The notes under the pieces were generated by a model. It had not been told where the DNA came from, did no database searches, and worked only from the letters and a program-made list of their open reading frames with translations. A stretch of DNA of 64,000 nt from positions 16,724,998-16,788,997 of the forward strand of contig CM082578.2 in NCBI GenBank assembly GCA_040954595.2, given 5' to 3'. Made by a program: the position numbers and the translations under genes. This DNA is from Balanoglossus misakiensis (Eukaryota > Animalia > Hemichordata). Positions 1 through 13,300 of the stretch are shown piece by piece (positions within the stretch are counted from its first letter, which is position 1; each line of letters starts with the position of its first letter).

Positions 1-2896
1 TTCTTTACCTGTAGCTGAAGAGAATATATGAGCTATCAAAACTTCCATCATATTCTGCTTTCACTATTATTTCTCAACGGTATTACTATTATCCATCAAA
101 ATACATAACTCTATTTGTGATCGAGTCATGCGGGTCTCATATTCCTTGACTTTTCCCCATGCATTATAATTTGTCATTTTTATCGCGATGTATATTTAGC
201 CCCGTGTGTCTAAACTACCTAGACTAATACAACGCCATCCCTGTCTGCAGTGACTTTGGGTGCGATCATTTACTGCATCATATTCAAAACGTACTTCAGG
301 GGATTAAAGATACCCCGGGGGACCTGTAATTGCATGTAGTTAAAGTTTATATGCCTGACTTAAGAACATGGGTCTGAAGAACTCAGTTTAAAAGCAGCGG
401 ATGGAAAGCTGCAGGTTGTGGAGCATCGCTAATTACGCCTGTTGATATCACATGGGTAGCTTCATATATGAAAATGGTGTATTACTGTCTCCTTTTTGGC
501 CCGGCATGTGTGGTATACTGCAGGAACGTGTTTTGACCATTTGCTTTAGCTTACTGTCTTCCACTAGTTTAAAAGTTCAACGCTGCGCTGAAGAAAAATT
601 CTCTCATATTCTTCTTTAGAGAAAACAGCACTGAGATCATATCCTACAGGATAATCTTACACAATGTTCAACTGTAATTCAGAGAAACATGCGTGGAAGG
701 TCCATACAGACAGAGATTTTTTTTACAAAATTGAAGAATGAAAGTCAAAGAGAAAGTGGATCCCCGCCCGAAAGCAAGGGACGTCACAACCAAGGTTATT
801 GTTAACTAGCAGAGAAGATTGGATTAGATGAACCGTAAATGCTCGGTTTTTAAGTTCACCGCATCATCCAAGTCAACTTAACTTCATTAGACGCCAGACG
901 TATAAGATAACAAACTGGCCGTGATTGCTAGAAGAATTGAGTGACCCAAAAAGCTCAAACCACGTTACAAAAAATTCAACTGCAGCTAAAAGTGTCAGCG
1001 GTTGAGTCAGTATGAATATTCCCTTCTAATGATTTCCATACCGTTGGAAGTGGTGATGTGCAGCTTATGATGGAGACGTGTTTATAATCACATGCATGAT
1101 GCATGAGAGCCAATCAGTGCATGTCTAGCCTCCTAGATATGTGGATTGGATAATCTCATTCATTCCGCATGTCAAGTAATAGGGAATGAATCACACCACA
1201 CTCTAACACAACACGGACCGACTTCACTTACTTGCATGGACATTGCTATTGACAATTTACCTGGCTGTACACAACTAAAATCTGTGTAATCATGCGTAGA
1301 ATGCTGAATAATCAAAGTTAATTCTTTTAATGATTCAACGATAGCCATCAAGTATGCATATGTTATGTTTCTACCCTGCCATTCTTTTATCATCATTTGT
1401 ATCTCCACATGTCAATATATAAATCAGATATTGAAAATTACAATGAAAAATATAAATATATGGTTTAAGTAAGATAATGCGTTGAAAGAAGCTTTTTTCA
1501 CAGGCGATGTGATTTTTATGTTATATTCCTTTACTGTTTGTAGTCATCAAATGCTTCACAAACAGCTACATATACTAAATAAAGGAATTCGCACACAATC
1601 CATCCACCCTCCAAGGCAGCCTTTAATGAACACACCTTGTTAATTTTCATGTCACATCTTAAGTGGCTTCCAATTACAGATGCAGCAACGCTTAATTACC
1701 ATGATTTTGTTGGGGAACTTATACAGTGAAATTGTAGAATACGAGAGGATGTGCGGTCGAGAAACCTTGATTTCCCATGTCTTCTGTTACATAGTTCTAT
1801 GCGGTTTTCATGCGTTTCATGTGTTATCGTCGCTGCAAGAAAATATCAACAGACAAGGTTATTACGTAGTAGGCGATACTAAAGCAATGCAATTTGAGAA
1901 TTCCAAGTGTATCACCACTATCAGATTATTTGTCCTTGTGCCATCAGAACGGTGCTCCTGGGGAGTTTTCTTGATTTATTCGGCACAACAAACTGGGTGA
2001 ATCGACACAACACACATTTGTCTCATTCCTTTCATTTTAACAATATACTGAAGGGAGGTACATGTTTTTCATTCGTTTGAATTAGCTCTTAGAGAGGCCC
2101 GGACACACGTTATCATTCGCGTGCACACTGAAACCTGGCAGTGATAGTTGGTTGGTTTCAGGTTCTTGGGGCGGAGTTTTGAGTATCACAGATAATGTGT
2201 TTCTAGGATTTTGAGCATACGTACCCTGCCATAGCTACAATGTATGGCATACATGTAGGTATCTACCGGTATTTACACTGTATGCTGCACTGTACGGTAC
2301 ACTGCCCACGCTGACGAGAATTTTGTGGCAAAGAAGTACAATTCGATGCAAACAATTGTATCATTCCAGAGAGTTGTCAGTGAAAAATTATTGCGATCAT
2401 TAAAAGTTATTTACTCCATGAATGTTAAGTTCCTTTCTACAGAAGAGTGGGAACTTTGGCATGAATGATTTAAACAAGAGACTTTGGGAGCCAGCAAAAC
2501 AGCTCTCTATAAAATGCCAAATGTTCATCTAAAAGTACGGTCATCACATGATCAGGTAACAATCAGAGTGGTTCAATCAGAGTTGTTACCCAATGTCATC
2601 CGCTTGGGATATTTTAAACCAAGCCTGAACACTCACAGGAAATACATTTTTGCTGCAAGTCTTGGTGTGGGAATTATGGGTACGAGTCAGAGATTTTATC
2701 TTGAGCATTATATGAAATAATAAATTAAATATAAGGAAACTGGAGACTTTTGAAAGGTTCTGGCTTATCCTGCTCTTCTTGTACTTAAAATTCAATATGT
2801 ATATTTGACATTTAAAATCATAGTCGCATTTACTCACTGAATTGTCTCCTGTACTCACTAGAAAATTTCCTAAGATTATAACACTATCATACACAT

Positions 2897-2897
<1 letters not shown>

Positions 2898-2937
<40 letters not shown>

Positions 2938-2981
2938 TGCATTTATACCGGTACATGCATGCATGCATGCATGCGTGCATG
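2898..2981. repeat. (CA)n microsatellite followed by a short (ATGC)n run
   Basis: Directly visible CA run ~2898-2933 and catgcatgcatg run ~2954-2981. Confidence 0.95.
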
Positions 2982-5980
2982 AAGAAGTTTCTCTTTCTTC
3001 AAAGCATGACTGACCTTCTCCATTATTGGCGTCAGCTAGTCATTGTACTAATACCCCATGCAGTAATCTGGTTTCCACCTTGCAGGTGTAGTAGACCTAT
3101 ACCTGTATATGGATGAATCTCATTTCTAAAGCTTATATTCCTCTGAGCATATCCCCATCATTGCACACCGCCTTGGTCTGTCAATGGGCAAATATTTACT
3201 AAGAGTACTGCAGAGAGAGAGAGAGCGGCTTTGTAAAGGTCAAGGGTCCCAATAGCTCGTAAATAAAAACTGCCACGTTGCAGTCTTTCTTATCTACTTT
3301 TCGAAGGTCTGATGGAATGAGATTATACTTTCATTATTGACTACGTTCATATGGGAATTCTTTAGATTAATCTGAAATTTCAGATTGGAACACTTTCTTT
3401 CTTGATTATGACTGAAACGAAAGGAATGCATCACTGAGACTATACCGTAGGTAAAGAATTAACTTCACAAGTGATATATATTTATTATATATTACTTACT
3501 TAATGACCTGTCTTATCTTCATATTGCCATCACAACTATGAGACCGTAACCATGTGTTTAACACTTGTCAACCCTTTTTTCTGTGGGATTACTTATTAAA
3601 TGACATGACAACAACAGCAACACCTCAAGCCAAAGATTCATTTATCAAGATACTACCAAGACACATGACATCTGTACCATTTGCTCTTTTTGAACCAACA
3701 AGAAATGTATGAAGCATAATAGTAATGAAATATATTCTTTTGCAAGCCTGGAACTTTACCTTGACATGTCTTTATTTCTTAATATTCGACATGTTTCTAA
3801 ATGCTTAATGATCTCTGTATTCATGGGTTAGCTGCAGTAAATATTTTACAGATCATTGTAAACTATACATCAGTGTGGATTTTCTTACAATATCCCCTAC
3901 CGGCTGCCTTTGTCAAATCAGAACAGAAGCATACAAGAGACACGTATTCATGCCAGGATTCCATTATCAACTGCAGTCTAATGTCAAATCTTATTAAATG
4001 CTCCATCAAGGTTAGAATTATGGTAATCTTTGTGGTCCTTCGATTCTGGAAACCACTGTCATACTGTCTCATCCACTTTAAATCTGATGCTAATTTATTC
4101 CGGGGATTTACATTTGAGAGTGTATTCGAGCCTAGGTGACTTTTATGGTAAAAACATCTGAAAGAATGGCGTTAAATCTCTGCCATTATGTGTTAGATTT
4201 TATTTTATTTTAATCCAATATTCAAAATGGCAATAAGCCAACATTGCATTTTATGGAGCTAAAATCCTGAATATGAGTGACCTCCCACTTGAGAGAAAAT
4301 GCTTAGCTGCAGTGGATGTTCGTAAAAATGAAGTGCACATCTTGGACGCCATTTTTACTTGTTTCATGGTTATTACATTTTTTTCTAATTGTGAGCATGA
4401 CATTCAGGTAGGCTAGATAACAAACACAACAGCAGCAGCATGATACAAAGTTCTAATATACCCGGTTATACCCAGTACCTACGTGTATGTTTGTATTACA
4501 CATCTATCTGTAGAATCAGTAACCTGCCTTATCATTGCAGTGTTGTATTTCTCGATATAAGGATCGACTTATCTATTATGAAACATGTACAACAGTTATT
4601 TGCCCATACATTACTAAAATGTATCCATGTGTTATCATGTTTGTGAGCGCAATTTCATATCTATACCAACTTACAAATTGGCGATAAATATACCAAAATT
4701 ACTCATTAGTGATTTCGGTCTTATGAGTGCAGTGCTGAAAGTCTTTCCATGCTGTCATACCACATTATTGCTAATATCTGTAAAACATTTTATCATCTCC
4801 TACATGTATATATATAGTCACAACGAGAATATCCAATTTTTGAATCATTTGCTTTAAAATTATATGAGACACAACTCCGAACAGCTAACTAACCATTTAC
4901 AGGAATTGTCAAGATGTCTTCACACTCTTCCTGTCAGTCATTGAAAAGTACAATTGTATGACATGCATGTTTGACAACTGGCAGTAGGTCACAGAGTGGG
5001 TGTTGCCTATTTAAAAATGTTAGATTTCCGCTTCCTTGAAAATCAAAGGATTTGCCAAGTTCGTCACGTCTGTAATGGAGGTAATCGATAAACTGGTTAG
5101 ACCGATTTGATCCAGTTACTTGCATTGATTCGCCTCATTTTTGGCAACGTCCTGTCAGTGTTGCTACGGTTGATTGACGTTGCTACGCTTCCCAATTGAT
5201 ATTATTGAAAGTGACGTAAGTTGGGGGAACAAAGTGATTGACTAGTGCCAGCAGTAATAGAAGATACTGTGGGTCGTACACTTTGAAATTGGAGAACGTT
5301 TGATTGGTATGCCCCAAGTGATTATTGACATTTTCACTACAGAACCCTTAGTATCAAATTGTGTATTGGATTTTTACACAAGCGCGTAGTCTACTATTCG
5401 TTGTTTCCATTACCCTCGCCCTTCCTTAAAATGATACATCTACGGGTACTGTTCAGTTCTATAGGGTGTACTTACGCATCGTCAATATCTTTAAATATAG
5501 TTTGCAGCTAATAAGCGTGGACATATAACGATTCTCGTATTCAAGGACACAGCGGGCATGCAGAAATACTATATCGCTGAAGACACCTTTGCAGCAAATG
5601 AACAAAAAAGACCCATTTCCCTGCCAGTCACTCATTATGAAATCGTAGAACAGCGTCTCATCTTGTCATCTAAGGTATATCCTGGCATTTTGCGAAGGGA
5701 TGCCTTGTACTAGAGGACGAAGCTTAAATGTCATGGGTTTTCGTCCTACAAATTACTAAAAATAGTCAAACAAATTGTGAAGCACAGATCTGCAAACAAC
5801 GGGGCTCTTTCATAGTCATATACATTAGTTATCATGCGTCTGATGTCTGATTTTGTCTTGTGATTGATTGATTTTGACGTTCAGCAACAGGATAACATAA
5901 TCAGTTTAAACACTGTCACAAATTACCACTATATTGTGCAGGCTGAGATTTAACATCCAATGAAACGTCAATACTTAGAC

Positions 5981-6062
5981 CAATCTGATTAAAATCAGAT
6001 ATAGGGAACGGTGACGTGTTTTTTTTTATGCCGTTCCCTACATCTGATTTTAAATCAGATTG
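5981..6062. mobile_element. 82-bp hairpin MITE with 9-bp target-site duplication (Mutator/MULE-like)
   Basis: Left arm caatctgattaaaatcagatatagggaacgg and right arm ccgttccctacatctgattttaaatcagattg form a ~31-bp inverted repeat with 1 indel and 1 mismatch. Both sides are flanked by TACTTAGAC (5972-5980 and 6063-6071). Confidence 0.8.
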
Positions 6063-7337
6063 TACTTAGACATGCACAGAGGATACACGCCGCCAATATG
6101 TCTGCCTGTCATCATTTGGTCACATCCCAAATTTGCATCGTAGCTTGATTTCAAATGCGAGTCTTGTCGCTCTCAGCACTCATCCAATTATTGGAGGAAA
6201 TTCAGACCTTGCGCCCACAGCGATATTATCTCCCACGAATGGTTAGTTCTCAATTCATCCGGTGATCGGATGGGAATGTTAGGCGTGGAGCGTTTCCCGT
6301 CAATCTATAAACTCCTTTTGGGTAGGAGGCTTTCAAAGAAGATCAATAGAGGGGTTTCATTATAACGTTACTTAATATTAATGAATGATTCCTTGGCTAC
6401 TTTGGTTATGTTGCCTTGATGTTTGTTACAAAAAACAAAAGATAGACCAAAAGTTTTATGTCAGTGGTCTATAAGCACAGTACTTTCACAATGTCAAGAA
6501 TGGTCAGATAAGTGCCTATTTGCTGGGGGAGAGATACTCCCTCTCTCTCTCTTTCTCTTTCTCTCTCTCTCTGTGCAAACGCTTTTGCAGTCTGTGATCT
6601 CAAATATATTGAGACTTCCATTCACTTTCGGATAAGGTGAACATTAATAATGCCACCGCACCATAATGGTACAAATGTTCCCGTGGCTTGGTAGGATTTG
6701 AGCATACAATCATTCGTTCAGAAGTGTCGCCAACCTGACTGTCGCCAGAAGAGAATTTGGTGATGTTTCTCGGGATTGAAAAACTTGACAGGCACACATC
6801 GGTGATCACATTTCCCTGTTTTTTTCATAAGCTTTGTGCTTCTCTGACATTGGATGCTTTTAGTACTGCAAAAAATCATATCATTTACTTGATGATTTTT
6901 TATTTTCAAAGCAGACAAGCCTGATCTCTTGGCAACAGCACATGTTACCGTAGACAGCTGGGTGTAATTAGTGGTCAGGTGGAAAACAGCATGTAGATAT
7001 TTCAGTGCTGTCCATACTAATGAATTCATTAAGAGACTATCATGATATTCTAGCATAATGTTTCAAGATTTGTTATAGATTACAATTTCAGGAAAACTGT
7101 CATGTTAGAATAGTGGAAAGAAATCCTACAACACTCAAAATGGGGCTGATTATATCATAACAGGACCTTAAGAGGAGCATTAGTTTCACAGTTCCCTGAG
7201 TTCATGGCTTCATTAATTCTGCTCGTGTTTCCAGCGTGCATTCATTCGAGGTATCAGTAGTAATAGCAGTTTAGTGAGCAGTGGTTAGAGCACACGAAGG
7301 TCGACAAGACATTATGCCATTCAGGAAACTACTAAAT

Positions 7338-7351
7338 GTTGCTATGACAAC
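7338..7351. promoter_or_regulatory. RFX X-box-like motif GTTGCTATGACAAC
   Basis: Near match to the palindromic X-box consensus GTTGCCATGGCAAC. Function not shown. Confidence 0.35.
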
Positions 7352-10300
7352 ATTTGTTCGAAGATCACGTTACAGTTTATTCATCTCCATGTGCAGCTTG
7401 GTGGACGTGTAACAAATAATTGACATGCAATATAATACTCCTCTTTCCCTTTCCGTTCCAATGCCAGTTTGGACTCCAACCGCCATGACAAAATAAAATC
7501 TGAGAAGTAATGATTTTTGCCATCTTCATTACAAGAAAATTAATAAACTTCTACAAGGAATCAGTGTCATTTAATGTTGTATAAGACTAAATTAGCTCTC
7601 TAATCATCCAATGAATGCATGTCCATCACTATACAGGCATTTGTCCTAGCCTGTAAAAGCGAATAATGTAACTTTTACGTGGGTCAACTACACCCGAAAG
7701 CTAGAAACATTTATTAGTGGTACGTTAATACATTAAGTGATGCAAACATCCCTTACTTTGGCACTATAATTTGCCATTTTCCCTGATATTTTCCATATGT
7801 GTAGAAATATATAGCCAGCATACAAGTTGTATTCAATAGCCCTGACTTCCGTGGAAATATCATTTTAGTGACCCTCACTGAATGATGTGAAGCTAGAACA
7901 AATGCAAATGGCGTTATCAGATCAAACATTATTATAAACAAGTCTTGAGTAATTTAGTGGGAATGCTGCTTTAAATATTTATATGATTACTCAACTGTGA
8001 TTATTTATAGAAAATGAGTAGGGAAATGATGCTACTTGAAATATGACAGACTGGCCAAACGTAGCAAATCTGTATTGATATGTTTGAATGGAAAATGTGA
8101 GATCCCTGTACCTGAAGAAACCTATTATCCCAAATCACAATACGTCGTGCCTCCTCGCGTTTGCCATCGGTAAATTAGGAAATATCTTATAACTATCCTC
8201 GTTACAGAATGAATAAATCACGTACCGAACAATTCTGAGCTTTGCTCGTAAAGCGCGACTGTGTGATAATTGACGAGCCCCTAAGGGTGGGCCATTGTAT
8301 AGAAGGGTAGTAGACTCCTGGATTAAAAGGGCCCAAGATTCTACGTGGTTTAATCAAACCTGAAGAATGTCAACAGAATCAGACAATTTATAGCTAGGGC
8401 AAGACCCATTTACAAGATATCACTTCAAAAGGTATTCTACATTTTAACTGCTTCCATTTATCATAGCAGTATCTTAGATACAAAAGCGCGTGTAATGTGG
8501 TTTCAGTCAGATACCAACTGGACAATATGGTTGGTATTCTTATCTGACAACACGGGTTCAGATCCTATCGAGTGCATGAGATATTAAAATTCCATTTCAC
8601 TTGATAGGCTCATGAGGTCGTGTTTTCATCAATGGCACACATAGCCTACGAGGAGTCTCCGCTTGTGACTATGAATGCAGAATTTTACTGTCGGGTTAGA
8701 AGGCAAGTTAGAGAGAGTTGCTGTGGAGCACTTTATAGCGGTTCAGGGCGACAGGTTAACCGTATTGACACTCTCATTAACACAGGAACATCATATGCAT
8801 TAGGCATTCCCAGGACGTGAAGTTTGTCCAAGTGAAATCTGTGCCTCATATCTGACTTAAGTACTGCTGTTGTTCTTGTTGTTGTCGTTGTTGTTGCTGC
8901 TTCTGCTACTGCTATCAGTGGTGGTGGAATTTTCAAGATGCATGCTGTCACTAATTTCAGTCCTCGCTGAATTCATACATTATGAAAACTTTGTAGTTTA
9001 CCCAAGTTAGTTGCCAGATGCTTTCCTCCAAATGTATGGCATTAGAAGAAAGAGAGGAGAGGGAAATCCGAAATCCAGCAGCAAACCATTACAGCTTGAT
9101 AAGTTTTAAAACTTTGTTACATGATTTATAATGAAAAGTTTTTTTTTCCAAAATTGCTGCATATTTCATCAAATTGGAATTATTGCATCTAAAAATAGGT
9201 ATAATTGTGTGATCATAGCAAGTTTATCAATGAGATGGCTGAAATCATCTGCAGCCAATGACCTGATTTCTTAAAAGCAAGCGATTGTGGCAGATATTGA
9301 ATTTACCAAACCAAATTATACTGCGTCATTGTGTTCAGGAAGGTCGTATTCGGTCATGGCCATTTCCTTTACACTATAATGAGAAAATGCATTCTACGGT
9401 AGCAGTTGTGCATCGTAAACAACCTATTTACGGACAATTTACGTGCATTTATGAAATATATCCCGCTTCACTTTCCTCAAAACCGGCAAAGTACCGTAAA
9501 ATGGGAAAGGCGCAGAAATTGCCAATGGTTGTGACAGGCAGAATAATGGCATCTAAAGCCATTATTTAACATGAGGGGAAATCAGCACACCAACTACACA
9601 ATGTCGCCAAGACTTATCGAATAAACAAATCTGACACATAGCAACTAAATAGCATGTACCACGAGGTGAAAAGGTGCATCTTCATCTGCAGCTGGCAATA
9701 AACTTGACTTTTCTTACCCGGCGACATGGGCCTTTATAGAAGAAAGGGCATCTCCAAGTTCCACAGTCTGTCGCCTAGCGATTACTGTTCTAGACAGTCT
9801 CTCAAGGATGTGTTCTGCATTCCACTCATAAACTCGAACTTGCACACAATTAAAGTAGTTATGCCAGAGAATTCTTTCCCTCCCTCCCTGAAATACATCA
9901 GCTATTGAATTTATAAACCTCAAAGAGAACACAAACACATGCAATAAAGATACATACTATACTACATGTACCAAACAAAAAATTACATATGCCGTGCAAA
10001 AATCCTGCAGTGTGGCACTAATACTATCTGTTGACATAAAAAAAACATTCGTTGAACATAAACTACATTTTTTCTGTCGAACATTTTCCATGTTCCACAT
10101 CAGCTATTGTGTTTCTTTTTTTCTGGTATTGATGGCATCTGAACCATGTTATGTCGTGGGATAAAATAAATCTGAAAACCAGAATGAGAAGTTGCGTATC
10201 GACCCTATCGATCTGATATTCTTGCTTGGTGCAGCTGTTCCACTTTATTTCCTTCACAGCTACAAAATATTTCAGGAAATCATCTAGCATTACTCTGTGA

Positions 10301-13300
10301 GTCTTTTCTCACTGTAATAGACCATTTTCCGAATTCCACAAGACACAGCGAGATCTCGCGTAGCTATACAGTTTTGATGTGACATATAGGGCAAAGAACA
10401 CATAGCCCATTGTGCTTAATGGCACAAAAGTTACAATTTTTGTTACTGTCTACACTGATTCAAATCTTGACTTCCTCGCTTCAGATCTCCTTGACTGGCA
10501 GCTGCGTGGGCGAAGTGGTCTGTATGCTTATACCGCAAACTGCATCCGCGGTGAACACTTCAAACGAAGTTGTTAATCGCTTGCTGTTCACGCAATAAAT
10601 CGTTGCATTGATTTACACAGGAACCCGCAGGATTTTTTTTGCGAGGCTGGCATGGAACTGTTTCCCAGACTATGATCCAGTGACGCTAAACTGAACCAAA
10701 ACCTACTTTCATCTGATACAGTTTTAGTCACGTTGCCTTCTCGAACTTTAGCCATTTAACTTGAGGCAGTACCATATGCATATACACACCGTGGCATTCA
10801 GGCACGATCTAGGATTTTTAATTCATTGTCACATCTTTTCTACATGTATTTCGAGATGAGATTGATAGAGTAAAATGTAATATTGTTACAAGATGCTTAT
10901 GTGAGTATAAAATATGCATATGACCTGAATATGGAAATATGGGCCTATTGTGATAGAAGACCACTATACTGGAGAGCATGTGTGATCATCAGCTCTTTTG
11001 CCCAATGTTTATTATTCGGGTTTGTATAATATGTGTCCCTCATCAATAATATAACTTCTTTAATTGTGAATGTAGCATAGTCAATAATGTGAAGCACTAT
11101 TGGCCGACTCGTATGATATAAGGACACTTATCTAAACAGAGAAGTAAATACATGTACAATAAAATGAGGCTAATTTAGCGTTAAAAAGGGACATTTAGCC
11201 TTCATCACAGAAGCAAAGTTAGCAGCTGCCGTAGTAACGCTCAACGGTAAACGACTCCAGAGGATCAATATGTCTAGAGACTTCCAGCAGTCCAAGCGAT
11301 CCGTTCAGGTACACGAATTCCCCGGTCGATGGTCCATCAGAGATAAAAAACTAAGAGCCAGATCGTTTAAATCGTCTTCATCACACTTCAGTACTTCCGA
11401 CCTATCAGATTGGTGAAACTGGAACGAGCCTAATGCAGGTACATATTACGTTATCTTAAACCGCCTTTCTGGAGACATGACATTGATATATGCGATCAAT
11501 ATATAGGTCAGTCGTCTACAGGGTACTGATGAAACGTCTTAGCCTTCAAATTTCGCTGATATTTAACGACTGTACGGTAGACGTACAGACATAGCCTGCA
11601 TTCGGAGAGGTTCATCTGTCACAGTTTTTGCATAGTTTATAGTGAGTGGAAATCAATATGCATGTGTAAGGGACCGGTCACTTGTTCTAATTAAGGGTGG
11701 TTTTCAGTGCTGTCGCCATGGTGATATTTTGAAATGCCCAAATTGGAGTGGTTACTCACTCAGTCAGACAAAGAAGTACAACCTAGATTTGTCATCATTT
11801 TTCTTATTTATTTCGGACTACTGCCCAGGGCAGGAAATCTATGAAGGGACTATCGTGCAGATGTTTGTAACTATAGAACTCTGTGAGAGCATAAGAGTTC
11901 TCACAACAGCACTTAGCACAAGCTATAATTCAGCAAATAGGAAAGACTTCAATGTTAGTCATGTTTTGTTTTTTTCTGACAGTCTTTTGCTTTTCGAGGT
12001 GCCTATGCTCCATAATCAGGTGGGCAGGTTTCCTCAAAGCCATGATGTGTCACACCTTTATCAGGATAAGGTGTTTAATTTAAATCTAAATTTGCACCAC
12101 AGTCTGCCTTTGAACACCTTAGTTGTGACTATTTTTGCGCTCACCGCTTCCTGGTGATACATGGCAGGTACAGCCTACTGCAGTGTCTGATGGGCACCAG
12201 CGATAACGAAGATTTACAAGGAACGCAAAACTCAGTGCTTTCTATGCTGATAAATGTAATGGAAGTTGGAAATAAATCTTTCTGTATCATTTATATTGGA
12301 AAGCATTTATATTATAACCAATTCCGAAGGCCGGCAGTCGTTGTTGACTATAGGTCACTGATTGACGGATACTGAATTGCGTGTTCACAAACAGCGTCCT
12401 TTTTAAGGAGATGAGGGGTAGTACAATGCCAATAATGGTACACCTGTATTTTGTAAGTACATGTATATATATTAAATGGCATGCTTGGAAATATAGCCCA
12501 CATATGCAGCATCTATATCACCCAACCACTTTTCATGATCATTCTTTAATATGTCTCTGCAACATCACTGTGTAACATATATTGATAAGCACTGTATCAG
12601 GGCTATAAAAAAAACTTTGTTTTGGGCTTCAATAATTGACAGAAAACTGCAATTCCTGAAAGGGTTGATCTGCTTTGTATGCAGCATCCTTAACCCGTTC
12701 ATATTTTGACTTCATACAATATGACAAAGAATCTTTGGACCGATTTGTTTAAAATGTGTATTCTATCACTGGGCGCCGTGTATTGAAAATGATCTCCTAA
12801 ATTGTGATTTATTCATGACTAATCAGGCAGAATATCTTCATGTCGCTTCCTCTCTTTCTGTAAAGGAGAATCCAGCGATTCTTTCACATTGAGCCCGCCC
12901 CAAGGCTTCGTGACTTTAACTGTGTACTCATATACAAAAATAACAGCAGGCGGCATGCTTTCCAAACGTGATCTACATACATGTATACTGGGTTGGCATG
13001 GCATGCTGAGACGACATAGAGTTTCAAGGAGATTTGACCATCAGCATCGCGCCATTTCATGACTTTTTCATGAAAGGTACGTCTGTTTTTGGCACCAAGG
13101 AATTGTAACTGTGTGAATACATTCAAGATGGCAGGATTAAATTGTATACATGTAAGTTTGCAATGTCATACCCTAGCTCACAGTCCGTGCCTAGCTGTAA
13201 TGGGAATATCCCTATGATATGATATGACATGACATGATACATACTGGAAATATTTCTGTATAATCTGATGTGGATGTTGTAAGCCATGGTCATTGATTAC

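Noticed and set aside
8505-8575. Imperfect hairpin with a B-box-like GGTTCAGATCC (possible tRNA/SINE remnant)
   Set aside because: No cloverleaf could be built and no second copy was seen in the window.
11642-12157. 171-aa ORF and the other short ORFs in 1-24 kb
   Set aside because: No domain resemblance, non-ATG starts or intron-like composition; consistent with chance ORFs.
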